NCBI RefSeq assembly: GCF_006345805.1
Contig: NC_043008.1
Span: 66,278,001 to 66,342,000, forward strand
From: Octopus sinensis
Taxonomy: Eukaryota
DNA length: 64,000 nt
Direction of reading: 5' to 3'
Part shown: in pieces, positions 24,722-35,721 of the stretch
Layout of the letters: each line of letters starts with the position of its first letter
How positions within the stretch are numbered: the first letter of the stretch is position 1
Translations under genes and position numbers: made by a program
Notes under the pieces: generated by a model
Databases searched by the model: none
The model's input: only the letters and a program-made list of their open reading frames with translations
Told to the model about the DNA's origin: nothing

Positions 24722-25202
24722 TGAAATAAAACGATTTCTGTTCAATCTTCGTTCAACTCCATTTCTTCAATTCACTATATATATATATATATATATATGT
24801 GCGCGTGTCTGTGTGTGCATGTGTCTGTGTTTGTCCCCCTCCACTGCTTGACAACCAGTGCTGGTGTGTTTACATCCCTGGTGCTTTGCAGTTCAGCAAA
24901 AGCGACTGATAGAATCAACCCTAGCACTTGAAAAAATAAGTACTGAGGGCAATTCATTTGACTAAAAAATTTTCCAAGGCAGTGCTTGAGCATGACTGCA
25001 GTCTAATGATTGAAACAAGTAAAAGATAAAAAATAAAAGCTATATGTGTGTGTGTGTGTGAGTGTGAGTGTGAGTGTGTGTGTCCTCCATCACTGTTTCA
25101 CAACTGGTGTTGGTGTGTTTATGTCCTCATAACTTAGCGATTCCGCAAAAGAGACTGAAAGAATAAGTACTAGGATTACAAAATAAGTCCTGGAGTCGAT
25201 TT

Positions 25203-25475
25203 CATCATCATCATTGTTTAATGTACATTTTCCATGCTAGCATGGGTTGGACGTTTCGACCGGGTTCTGGGAAGCCAGGAGGCTGCACCAGGCTCCAGTC
25301 TGATCAGGCAGTGTTTCCACAGCTGGATGCCCTTCATAATGCCAACCACTCCATGAGTGTAGTGGGTGCTTTTTTACGTGCCACCGACACAGGGGCCAGA
25401 GGAGGCTGGCAACGGCCACGATCAGTTGGTGCTTTTTACGTGCCACCAGCACGGACGCCAGCCCAGCCCGGGTTC
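25203..25475 (-). mobile_element. Family C element nested in the 3' half of a family A SINE
   Basis: Family A sequence ...AATAAGTCCTGGAGTCGATT (to ~25202) resumes at ~25476 (CGACTAAAA...GTGGTGCTCCAGCATGG). Confidence 0.8.
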
Positions 25476-25566
25476 GACTAAAACCCCTCAAGGTGGTGCT
25501 CCAGCATGGCTGCAGTCAAATGACTGAAACAAGTAAAAGAATAAAAGAATATATAATGTGTGTGTA

Positions 25567-25597
<31 letters not shown>

Positions 25598-26744
25598 AAG
25601 AAACAAGCAGACAGGCAGAAGCAAGGAGAGAGAAAAGCAGACAGAATCAGAGAGAGACAGACAGATATGAGGCAGAAGTGAAAAGTTTCAAGTATTAAAA
25701 GTCTGGGTGAAGAAGCTATAGCTTGTATATATATATATATGAGTCATATGTCATTGCAGCCTTGGTTGGTCATCACAGCTGTTGCTGGTCAGTGAAGTGA
25801 ACTCTTCACTGACCTTATTTTTACCTCAGCTGTTATTAATATTCATGCAATTATTATCATCATCATCATCATTATTGTTGTTGTTGTTGTTGGTCATCAA
25901 AGCATAAGTAGTTAGTGGCTGTGAACCTTTTTGCACGGTGCTAACACATAGAGATTAATGATGTCAGATAGGGGAACAGAACAGATGAGTAAAAACACGA
26001 GCAATGAACTTTGGTTTAAAGATCTTATATGCACAGGTGTGGCTGTCTGGTTAAGAAACTTGCTTCCAAGCAGTGTTCAGCTCCACTGGGTTCAATCCCA
26101 CTGCATGGTACTTTGGGCAAATGTCTTCTATTAGAACCTTCGGTTGACCAAAGTCTTGTGAGTAAATTTGGTAGAAGGAAAGTAAAATTAAAAAACCCAT
26201 TCATCATCATCATCATCATCGTTTAACGTCCGTTTTCCACGCTAGCACGGGTTGGACGGTTCGACCGGGGTCTGGGAAGCCAGGGGCTGCACCAGGCTCC
26301 AGTCTGATCTAGCAGTGTTTCTACAGCTGGATGCCCTTCCTAACGCCAACCACTCCGCGAGTGTAGTGGGTGCTTTTTACGTGCCAACACTTATATATGT
26401 ATATGTGCATGTGTGTGTATATGAGTTTGCTTTGACAACATCATGAGTGATGGACTGTTGATGAAATTGCAGCAACTAGGATGCATAATTGCATACAGAG
26501 CAATGAGTAGTCACTGCAGTCAAAACATATGTAGCTCAGTATTATATGTGTTGTAGAAAATTAATAAAAATGTTATGGATGTGAATAAATCTCCACACTC
26601 CGCTTCGTCAACAATTGTGTGTGTGTGTGTGTGTGTGGTTGTTGGAATTCTTCTGGATGGGAGTTTTTGTTCTAATATTTCTCTTAGGCATTGCAAGACT
26701 AATAACCTGATGTAGAACCCAATATACTTATGTTTCAGAACAAA

Positions 26745-27222
26745 GTATTAGATGAGCTCATGGGCCCGGTTTCAGTGGCGTACGTGTTCCCCAGCTGGAC
26801 AGGATGCCAGTCCATTGCAGCGTTACTCATTTTTGCCAGCTGAGTGAACTGGAGGAATGTGAAATGAAGTGTTTTGCTCAAGAACACAACGCGTCGCCAA
26901 GTCCAGGAATTGAAACCACAATCTTATGATCATGAGGCTGACGCCCTAACCACTAAGCCACACACCTCCACAAATGCACCCTTTTAAAGCCTAGCTAGGC
27001 TCATGGGCCCGGTTTCCCAGTTTCAATGGCGTATGTGTTCCCCAGCTGGATGGGACGCCAGTCCATCACAGCGTTACTCATTTTTGCCAGCTGAGTGGAC
27101 AGGAGCAAAATGAAATTAAGTGTTTTGCTCAAGAACACAACGTGTCACCCGGTCCAGGAATCGAAACCACAATCTTATGAACATGATGCTGACACCCTAA
27201 CCACTAAGCCACGCGCCTCCAC
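26745..27222 (-). mobile_element. Two tandem tRNA-derived SINEs, family E (variant 2)
   Basis: Both end in ACCCTAACCACTAAGCCAC.CGCCTCCAC (reverse tRNA-like head) and contain the reverse complement of TGATGGACTGGCGTCCCGTCCAGC. A plus-strand copy is at 45208-45460. Confidence 0.85.
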
Positions 27223-27580
27223 ATTAAATGAATATAGAGCAGTAATAAGAAAAAAGAGATGACAGAAGGATAAACATTGCATCTTGTAGCAGAAAGAACT
27301 GTAAGCAAATAATGTTCACAACATAACTATTGTTATTCCATGTCATCTCTTTTTCTTATATAACATATACATATATATATAATTAAACACATTTGTGTGT
27401 GTATGGTTACACACACACACACACGCACACTCACATACTTATATACATACTTTTGGGATGGTCAGATTGCCTATGTATACACTGGACTTTTTTATTATCT
27501 TATATGTATGATGTATGTATCAATCAGCCATTTAACTATGCATATGAATTTTTTTCCTTCTCTGGACGTTTTTGCCTTCC

Positions 27581-27613
27581 TTTCTGATGAAGAGCTATGC
27601 TCAAAATGTCAAA
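27581..27613 (+). ncRNA. Ultra-minimal HHR, G12-to-A decayed
   Basis: UUU-CUGAUGA-A-GAGC(UAU)GCUC-AAAA-UGU-C-AAA, followed by a T-rich tail ending GACTA-TGTA. Confidence 0.7.
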
Positions 27614-30120
27614 AACTCTCTCTATTTACCAAGTATCAAACTAATACATTCTATGTGCCACGTCCTCTTGTTTTGTTATTGTTATTTCTAATGTTCAATT
27701 ACTCAAATTGACTATGTATGTCTCTTCTGTATTTAATTAATTAAATTCTTCCTCTGAACATGGAATTGCTTCTAATCAAGCTCTATCTTTGAAAAGTAGA
27801 TAACGAAATGTAGATAACGAAAGCAGTGTCACATTTTAAACCTGAGAAAAGTCTTGTATAGATGTATGTATACATGTACATATAGGTGCTGTGAAGTGTG
27901 ACATAAAAACCAAATATCAGGTTCAGTAAAGGTTCCACACACCACTGCAATATCCAGTGTAGTATGATGAAGGACACCAACATCAGGATAGGCTAGTATT
28001 CAGAATACAAGCCAAGTAATACAAATAGAAACATACCTGATTTTTGCATGTTATTATTATTGTGTGTATTTGTATTTAAGTCTCCTTGTTTTGACATGAC
28101 GTGGTGAATAAAATTGATGATGATGATGGGGAGGAGGAGGAGGGGAGGAGTGGGAGGAGGCGAAGGAGAGGGAGAGGAGGGGTGGTTTCTTTAATTATTC
28201 AGTTTATCATGGAATAAATGATTATTTATGTTCTTCATTAATGAAACATTCAATAAAATTTTTAATTAGTTTTTGAGTTTATTAATCAATTAATTAACTA
28301 ATTATTTACTTTTTATTTATCAAAAATTATCTATTTATGTGACTATTTATTTAATTCATCATCATCATCATCATCAATAATAATAATAATAATAATAATT
28401 TTTGCCATAAGGGCAGCTTAGGGAAGGAGATTAAGTCAATTACATTAACCTAAGTGCGTAACTGGTACTTTATTTAATCGACCCAGAAAAAATGAAAAGC
28501 AAAGTCGACCTCAGTGGAATTTGAACTCAGAACGCAGCATTGGACAAAATACTGCTAAGCATTTCATCCAGCAGTATTTCGCCTGTCAAGAGGAGGAGGG
28601 GAGGAAGAGGGGAGGAGGAGAGGATGGGGAGGAGGAGAGGATGGGGAGGAGGAGAGGATGGGGAGGAGGAGGAGTCACCCATAACAGCATGGAAGGCGGA
28701 TGTTAAATGATGAGGATGATGGTGATAAATAAATGTCCACCTTTTATGCTTCCATGGGTTTAACAGAATTCATAGAGTCAGATTTTCTATGGCCAGATGC
28801 TCTCCCCATTGCCAATCCTTACCTCTTTCAAAGAGGTGAGGATTTAGTTAACAATTTTTCTACTGGCATATGACAAAGTCAAAACTGTTTTATCCTGTAT
28901 ATATGTGTTCACATATACAGAATACAAATTCAGAACTCTTCTATCCTGTATATATGCGTCCATATACACAGGATATCCAGTGTATATGTGCTGATATGGG
29001 TCAAACAGCTTGAAAGGAACTGGTAAGGCCAGGGGCCGTACCATATTCCATAGTCTGTTTTGGCTTGGTTTCTACAGCTTGATGCCCTTCTAAATGCCAA
29101 AAACTGGATGCATTTACATAACACTATCATCAGTGATTTTTACATGGCACCAGCACCAGTGCTTTTAATTTGATAACAGCACCCACCCCAACGCCTTTTA
29201 CATAGCACCTTGGTTTTAGGATCTCAATTCTGTTAAAGGGGCAGGTCTTCTTGAGTACAGCAATGTGCCATATATCTTGGTCCTTTGTCATCTTTTTCAC
29301 GGGGTTCAGCGTTTTCAGATCGGCCTTTAATACTTCATCCCATGACTTTTCCTGAATTTAAATGTTGCCATGGCCAACAATGTTTTCCATCCTATCAGGG
29401 TCAATAAAATAAGTAGCAGTCAAGTACTGGGATCAATGTAATTGACTGCCCCATCTTTCACAAAATTTCAGGCCTTGTACCTACTGTAGCAGCAATTATT
29501 AAACAGATGTTTAGAACTCAGGAAATGTTGATTGAAGGTTTATATTTAAATCACTTCAAAACAAGAAGTTTGACTCATACATAGAACTAGGTGCAGTCTC
29601 TGGCAGGTTGCTATCGAAAGGGTTAATCAAGCTTCCCTGAGACTAAACAACAACAACAATGACAACAACAACAAATCTCGTTCACTGTATGAGATTTGCT
29701 CAACCAGAACTAGGGCTAAAACTCATTAAATATACTAAATTTTCATGCTATGCTGTACCAGCTGATAGCCTTCCTTAATTAATATGTAATGGAGATCATT
29801 GACAATTAAGTGTTTTGGTCTTGGACACAGGGCAGCACTGGTGATGACACACACATTACCGACACTATGGTAACCAGCTGAGACACTTCCTCTTGCACTT
29901 CACAGTCTTAATGTCATATGACTTCCACAAGGACAAAATGCAAGGAATATAAGAGAGCCATCTATTTCAAGTAGATGGAAACAATGAAGGTTTTTTTTCT
30001 TTTTGACTTGGTATATCAATTCTACGAAATGTTTGGTGGTAATTAAATTTCATAGAAACGTTTTTCAGTTTATTTCTCTTTCTTTAGCATACTTAAAAAT
30101 ATGCCATCCATAAATGTGCT

Positions 30121-30880
30121 TATACAGGTGCGGTGAATATATAGTTGTCTAAATTACACAAAAATGAAAATAACACTGACATCTCATTTTAAAAGATAAA
30201 TGATATTTACCAAAATTACATAAAAGTATCTTGAAAAACTAAAGAGTAAATTTATTCAGTAAAAACGCCATTGGCTTCAACCACAGCCTCCAGACATCTT
30301 AGGAATCTCTTGCAACTTTTCTGAACAGTTTTCTTGTTTAAGTTGGTGAATGCTGCCATAATCCTTGCCCTCAGTTCATCTTTGGTGTTAGAAGGAATTT
30401 TGTTGGTCTCTCGCTCAACTATGCCCCACACATAATAATCAAGTGGGTTGCAGTCTGGGGAGTTAGGTGGCCAGATGTTAGGGGTGGTGTGGTTGCAGAA
30501 ATTATCTGATAGCCATGACTGGGTTCTCCTGCTAGTGTGGCATGGTGCAGAGTCCTGTTGCCAGACATAGGGTCTTCCAGCAGCCACCTTCTTGACCTAG
30601 GGCAGCATTATCTCCTCCAGGCACTTGATGTAGACCTCCATGTCTGAGTCTGAGTTTATGTGGGAAGATGAATGGGGGCATAATGTTACCATCACTAGTG
30701 ATCACTCCAAATACCATAATGTTGACTGGATGTTTTACTTTTATCCCTCTTGGTACATGTCTTCAGACTGACACCCGAACTCTCTGAAATGTTCATAATG
30801 GAGTGCCAGTTACAAGACACTGACATCAGCCACAACTACAATCTCACTTGGCTTGACAGGTTTTCTCAGGCATGGTATCT
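30121..30880 (-). mobile_element. maT-like (DD37D) Tc1/mariner transposon remnant: 3' half of transposase and one TIR
   Basis: VMVFGV-like MVFGVITSDG, QQDSAPCH and WPPNSPDCNPLDYYVW. I count 37 residues between the QQD aspartate and the PLD aspartate. The end is TA-TACAGGTG at 30121, and the other end is lost at a (TATG)n tract. Confidence 0.9.
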
Positions 30881-30883
30881 ATA

Positions 30884-30914
<31 letters not shown>

Positions 30915-31272
30915 TGCATGCATGCATGCATGCATGAATGCATGAATGTATGTATGTATGTATGTATGTATGTATGTATGTATGTATGTATGTATGTATG
31001 AATGTGGTTATATATGTGTGTGTGCATATATGTATGTGTATATACAAATGTACATGCATATCTATTTTTCTGTCTATATCTATATCATTCTATCCATCTG
31101 CCTATCTATTTATATATATGTGCGTGTGTTGGTGTGTGTGCACGGGTGTGTATGTGTGCACGAGTGTGTGTGTGTGTGTGTTTATGTATATGTGTATGTG
31201 TGTGTAGCTGCCATGATTGACCACTAGCTCCAAAAGATTTTTTATTCTCTCTCAGTTTATTTCCTCGTGTTC

Positions 31273-31308
31273 CTTTCTGTTGAAGAGCATAGGCTCGAAA
31301 TGTAAAAG
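31273..31308 (+). ncRNA. Ultra-minimal HHR (A6-to-U variant)
   Basis: CUUU-CUGUUGA-A-GAGC(AUAG)GCUC-GAAA-UGU-A-AAAG, followed by a T-rich tail ending AAACTA(TA)n at ~31399. Confidence 0.72.
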
Positions 31309-31416
31309 ATTTTCTCACCTTCCAAAGCATTAAACTAATAAACCTGCTTGTTGTTTATACACCTGTCTTTGCTTTTGCTTTTCTGTAAATTTAAACTATA
31401 TATATATGTATATATA

Positions 31417-31955
31417 CCAGTAAAGTTAATTGCCACATCAAAATGACTGTTCCATGTCACTCCTAGTTTAACCCTAAGCAGGTCTTCCATGAGCTGGTTA
31501 TCGGTGCAGCCTGCACCCTGTACATATATATTGCTAGCAGGAGAGCGATCCCCTACCATCGTCTAGCAGACAAGTGGATCACTCGTTAGTGTAATTACTA
31601 CTCTCATCTCTTCTTGAAATTTTACAACTAGCTATTTTCCTTCTGGCAAATCAGTGACCAATGGTCACTTTGTTTACAATATATTGCTGGCTAGAGCAAA
31701 CTCTGGTTATCACACTGGTGACTAGGTGCTCGTGACTGAAGATGAGCTAACCCGCTCAAAACTGTCAGTCTCAGGATCCTGTTGTCTATGAGAGTATGGT
31801 AGGGGTTCACTCCCCTTGCTAGTAATATATATGTATGTACAGGGTGCAGGCTGGTGGAAGATCTGCCTGGGGTTAAACTAATAGTAACATGGAAGAGCCA
31901 CTTTGATGTGGCAATTAACTTTACTGGTTAGTAGTACATTTACTACTCTGATGTC
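31417..31955 (+). mobile_element. Retrozyme-like element: inverted R segment, then I (with HHR), R, and the start of the next I
   Basis: 31417-31559 is an inverted copy of 31796-31927. TTAGT.TA.TTACTACTCT occurs at 31586 and again at 31928 (~342-nt period). The HHR is at 31731-31775. Confidence 0.7.
31731..31775 (+). ncRNA. Type I HHR, G12-to-A decayed
   Basis: CGUGA-CUGAAGA-U-GAGC(UAACCC)GCUC-AAAA-CUGUCAGU-C-UCAGG. Confidence 0.72.
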
Positions 31956-33338
31956 TTACTTACTTACTTTACTTTTACTTGTTTCAGTCATTTGACTGCG
32001 GCCATGCTGGAGCACCGCCTTTAGTCGAGCAAATCAACACCGGAATTTATTTTTTGTAAGCCCCAGTCTCATTTGCTGAACTGCTAAGTGGCGGGGACAT
32101 AAACACACCGGTGGTCAAGCAATGCTAGGGGGACAAACACAGACACACAAACATATACACACACATACATACATATATATATATACACATATATACAACA
32201 GGCTTCTTTCAGTTTTCACAAGGCATTGGTTGGCCCAAGGCTATAGTAGAAGACACTTGCCCAAGGTGCCATGCAGTGGGACTGAACAAAGAACTATGTG
32301 GTTGGTAAGCAAGCTACTTACCACACAGCCACTCCCGCGCCTTGAGATTTTACAACTATATATATATAGATAAAGAGAGAGGAGACAAACAGACAGACAG
32401 ACAGGCATGCAGGCAGACAGAGACATAGACATATACATATATCTAAATATGTGTGTGTTTGTGTGTCTATGCATGTATGTGTGTATTAATCAAATAACTA
32501 CTTGTTTGTGTCTATCAGATTTTCAAACTCTGCAACGAACATTGTTTATTTTGCATATTTTCTGAGATTTCATCCAAGTCTAGGGATCAAAAGTGTTCTC
32601 CAACCATTTTTCCAGTTCATATGCTGTCTGTTAAAACCATCAAAGTGTCAGGAGGTGGCATTCCAACATAGAAATACTACACACAGAGTGTTACATCATT
32701 ATGGTAAAGGATACAACATTCATATATAATATCTACTATAGATTAGAATGACATTAAGTTTGTAAATCAGTTGATATCCCTCTTCTTTTAAAAACATTAA
32801 GTACAGGGGTCTATTTTCTTGACTAAACCCTTCAAGGTGATATCTCAGCATGATAGCAGTCCCGTGAGTGAAACAAGAAACAGATAAAAGATATAACACA
32901 TTCAACATCTGCTGTTCAGTAAACAGGCATGGTTGTGTGGTAAGAAGCTTGCTTCCCAACCACATGTTTCCAGGTTCAGTCCTAATGCTTGGCTCCTTGG
33001 GCAAGTGTCTTGTACTATAGCTTCAGGTCAACAGAAGCCTTCTGTGTGGATTTGGCACACAGAAACTGTCTTTTTTTACTCTATCCATAAAAGATAGATT
33101 CTAGTTTCCATTAGACTTGATAAACTAGTTTATAAAATTAGAACTAACCCCCCCCCCACCCAGTTATAAATCTCAATAACAAAGTAAAATCAATGATAAG
33201 CAGTGTCTTCCTGTGAAAAAATATCAGTTACTGCTATGATGTTGTTGATGAAACATGTCCTTTGTCTTCTTTGTGATTTTGGTTAATAGAATAACTATAC
33301 AAATGAATCCTTTGAATTTAACTAAATTCTATATTTTT

Positions 33339-33428
33339 ATGTACCTGAAGATTGCTCTACATTTTAAAACTGATGTAATATTTGCATTATTAAATTAAAT
33401 GGAGTTGCATGAAACGCTCGTACTGCAT
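33339..33428 (+). ncRNA. Degenerate type I HHR
   Basis: AUGUAC-CUGAAGA(33345-51)-imperfect stem II-GAAA-CGCUCGU-A-CUGCAU. Stem I AUGUA/UGCAU has a C-C mismatch next to the core. Confidence 0.55.
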
Positions 33429-33535
33429 TACCTCTAGATATCCTTGTTGCTTATTCTGATTGTAATCATCCCATTTTGAATTATATGGATAATACCATAC
33501 TAAATTCTGGTGCCTTTAACTTAAGTACCATATTC

Positions 33536-33597
33536 AACTGAATCTAAATTTTACTGAACTTATATATATATAAGTTCAGTAAAATTTAGATTCAGTT
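33536..33597. repeat. Perfect 62-bp palindrome centred on (TA)n
   Basis: AACTGAATCTAAATTTTACTGAACTTATATA|TATATAAGTTCAGTAAAATTTAGATTCAGTT. Confidence 0.95.
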
Positions 33598-34747
33598 TTG
33601 TGTATATATATATATATATATATACACATACAAACAAATGAAAATTTTGATGCATTTCCAACTTTTCCTCAATATTTTTCAAATCATCATCACCATCATT
33701 TAATGTCTGTTGTCCATACTGGCATGGGTTGGGCAATTTGACCAGAGCTGGCAAGCTGAGGAGCTGCACCAGACTCCGGTCTGATTTGGCATGGTTTCTA
33801 TGGCTGGATGCCCTTCCTAATGTGAACCACTTGAGGGTGCTGTGTGCTTTTACACAGCACTGCACAGGTGCTTTTATGCGTCACCGCACAGGTGCTTTTA
33901 CATAGCATTGCACAGGTGCTTTTAGGTGGCACCGCACTGACACTTTCACTTAGCACTGCCATAAGTGCTTTATACCACCAGCAGGATTAGTCATAACACT
34001 TCTGCTGTGGGGTGCCTGTCTTCTTGAGTATGGCCAAGTGTACATGCATATGAGTGTCTGTGTGTGTTTGTATATATGTATATGCATGTATGAGTGTGTA
34101 TTTTTTCTTTTCTTAAACTTGGTTTTCTTGTTGAACTGAGGGTATGCTGAGGCACTGCCTTCAGGGGCTTGGTCAAACAAATCAATCCCAGTACTCATTT
34201 TTTAAAGCTTGATACATATTTTCTCAATTTCCTTTGATGAACTGTTAAGTTATGGGAGCATGAGCAAGCGACACAGGTTGCCAATTAGAGGGGTGTGTGG
34301 AGGTGGGGGAGCAAACCTAAAAGACAAAAGTACTCATCATATATACAGACACACACACACATACATTTATATATACATCTATCTATCTATCTATATACAT
34401 ATATATATATACACACACCTACATATTTCTAGCCACCTTGGATAGACAATCTCAACGTTTCGTTTCCATTTGCCCTTCAAACTGGAGTTTTAGTGTTAAG
34501 CCAACCTAAGCACTCATTGTACCTACCAATTAATATATGTCAATAGACATATACTCCTTGCATTTCCTATATATATATATATATATAGTATGCTTTACCC
34601 CACTCCTGATTTTCTTTGTAGCTTAGTATGTACACACCTTCACATTTTTAGTAAAATCTTTTGTAAAACATTGGAGAATGAATGTATGACTGAAAAATGT
34701 TTGACTGGACTGTGGTTGCAACATTAAAGAAATTGTTATCGATATCA

Positions 34748-34785
<38 letters not shown>

Positions 34786-35037
34786 TAAGGTGGCAAGCTG
34801 GCAGAATCATTAGCACGCTCGATGAAATACTTAGTGGTATTTTACCCATCACTACATTCTGAGTTCAAATTCCTCTGAGGCTGACTTTGCTTTTCACCAT
34901 TTCAAGGTCAATAAATTAAGTACCAGTTTAACACTGGGGTCAATGTCATCAACTCATCTCTTCCCCCAAAATTGCTGCCATTGTGGCAAAATTTGAAACC
35001 ATTATTATTATCATTATTATTATTAATAATAATTATT

Positions 35038-35234
35038 AGACGAAGAGCACGATTCGATTGTAATTTTATTGAACAATATTTCAACAGTATGTCTGTCTTT
35101 GTCAAGTTCAAAATACGAAGTGATAAAATTTAAATTTCTGGATTTTTACCACTTCTTATTTTGAACTTGACAAAGACAGACATACTGTTGAAATATCGTT
35201 CAATAGAATTATAATCGAATCGCACTCTTCGTCT
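35038..35234. repeat. Imperfect fold-back/MITE-like element with ~90-bp arms
   Basis: AGACGAAGAG...ACAGTATGTCTGTCTTTGTCAAGTTCAAAATA pairs with TATTTTGAACTTGACAAAGACAGACATACTGT...CTCTTCGTCT. Confidence 0.85.
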
Positions 35235-35675
35235 TGACTGTTTACCTTTGTGAAGAGTTACGTCAATCCTTTTTAAAATATATTATTATCATTATTATTA
35301 TTATTATTATTATTATTCAGTAGTTTTATTTTTTAAGCGTGCTTTCACTTCACTACCGAGTGCAGCTCTGTGTGCCTTGGGTATGTGCTGTGATTTGTTG
35401 TGATGCTCTGATGGTTATTGTATGGAAAGTGTTCTGCGTAGGATGTGTGCAGTGCCTAGTAGTGCAATTTTCTGTATGTTGTATGTGTTTGTAAGTCCTG
35501 GTGTTTTTGTTATGTATTTGTCTGAATATTTTTTTATCATGCCTAATGCACCTACTATGATAGGAATTGTTTCTGTTTTTAGATTCCACATTCTGGTTAC
35601 CTCCATTTCCAGGTCTTTGTATTTTGAAAGTTTCTCCATTTCTTTTAGAGACACTACTGCTACTACTACTACTAC

Positions 35676-35721
<46 letters not shown>

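Larger units (their letters stand above)
24078..25035 (+). mobile_element. Family A SINE split at its internal (TA)n by a ~515-bp HHR element
   Basis: SINE head at 24078-24240, foreign insert at 24264-24777, and the SINE 3' half resumes at 24790-25035. Confidence 0.85.

Noticed and set aside
31417-31927. Reading the ~140-bp inverted repeats as DNA-transposon TIRs or DIRS ITRs
   Set aside because: The I segment restarts beyond the right repeat and the 41.2-kb copy has a different permutation without the inversion, which favours a tandem or circular unit. DIRS origin is not fully excluded.
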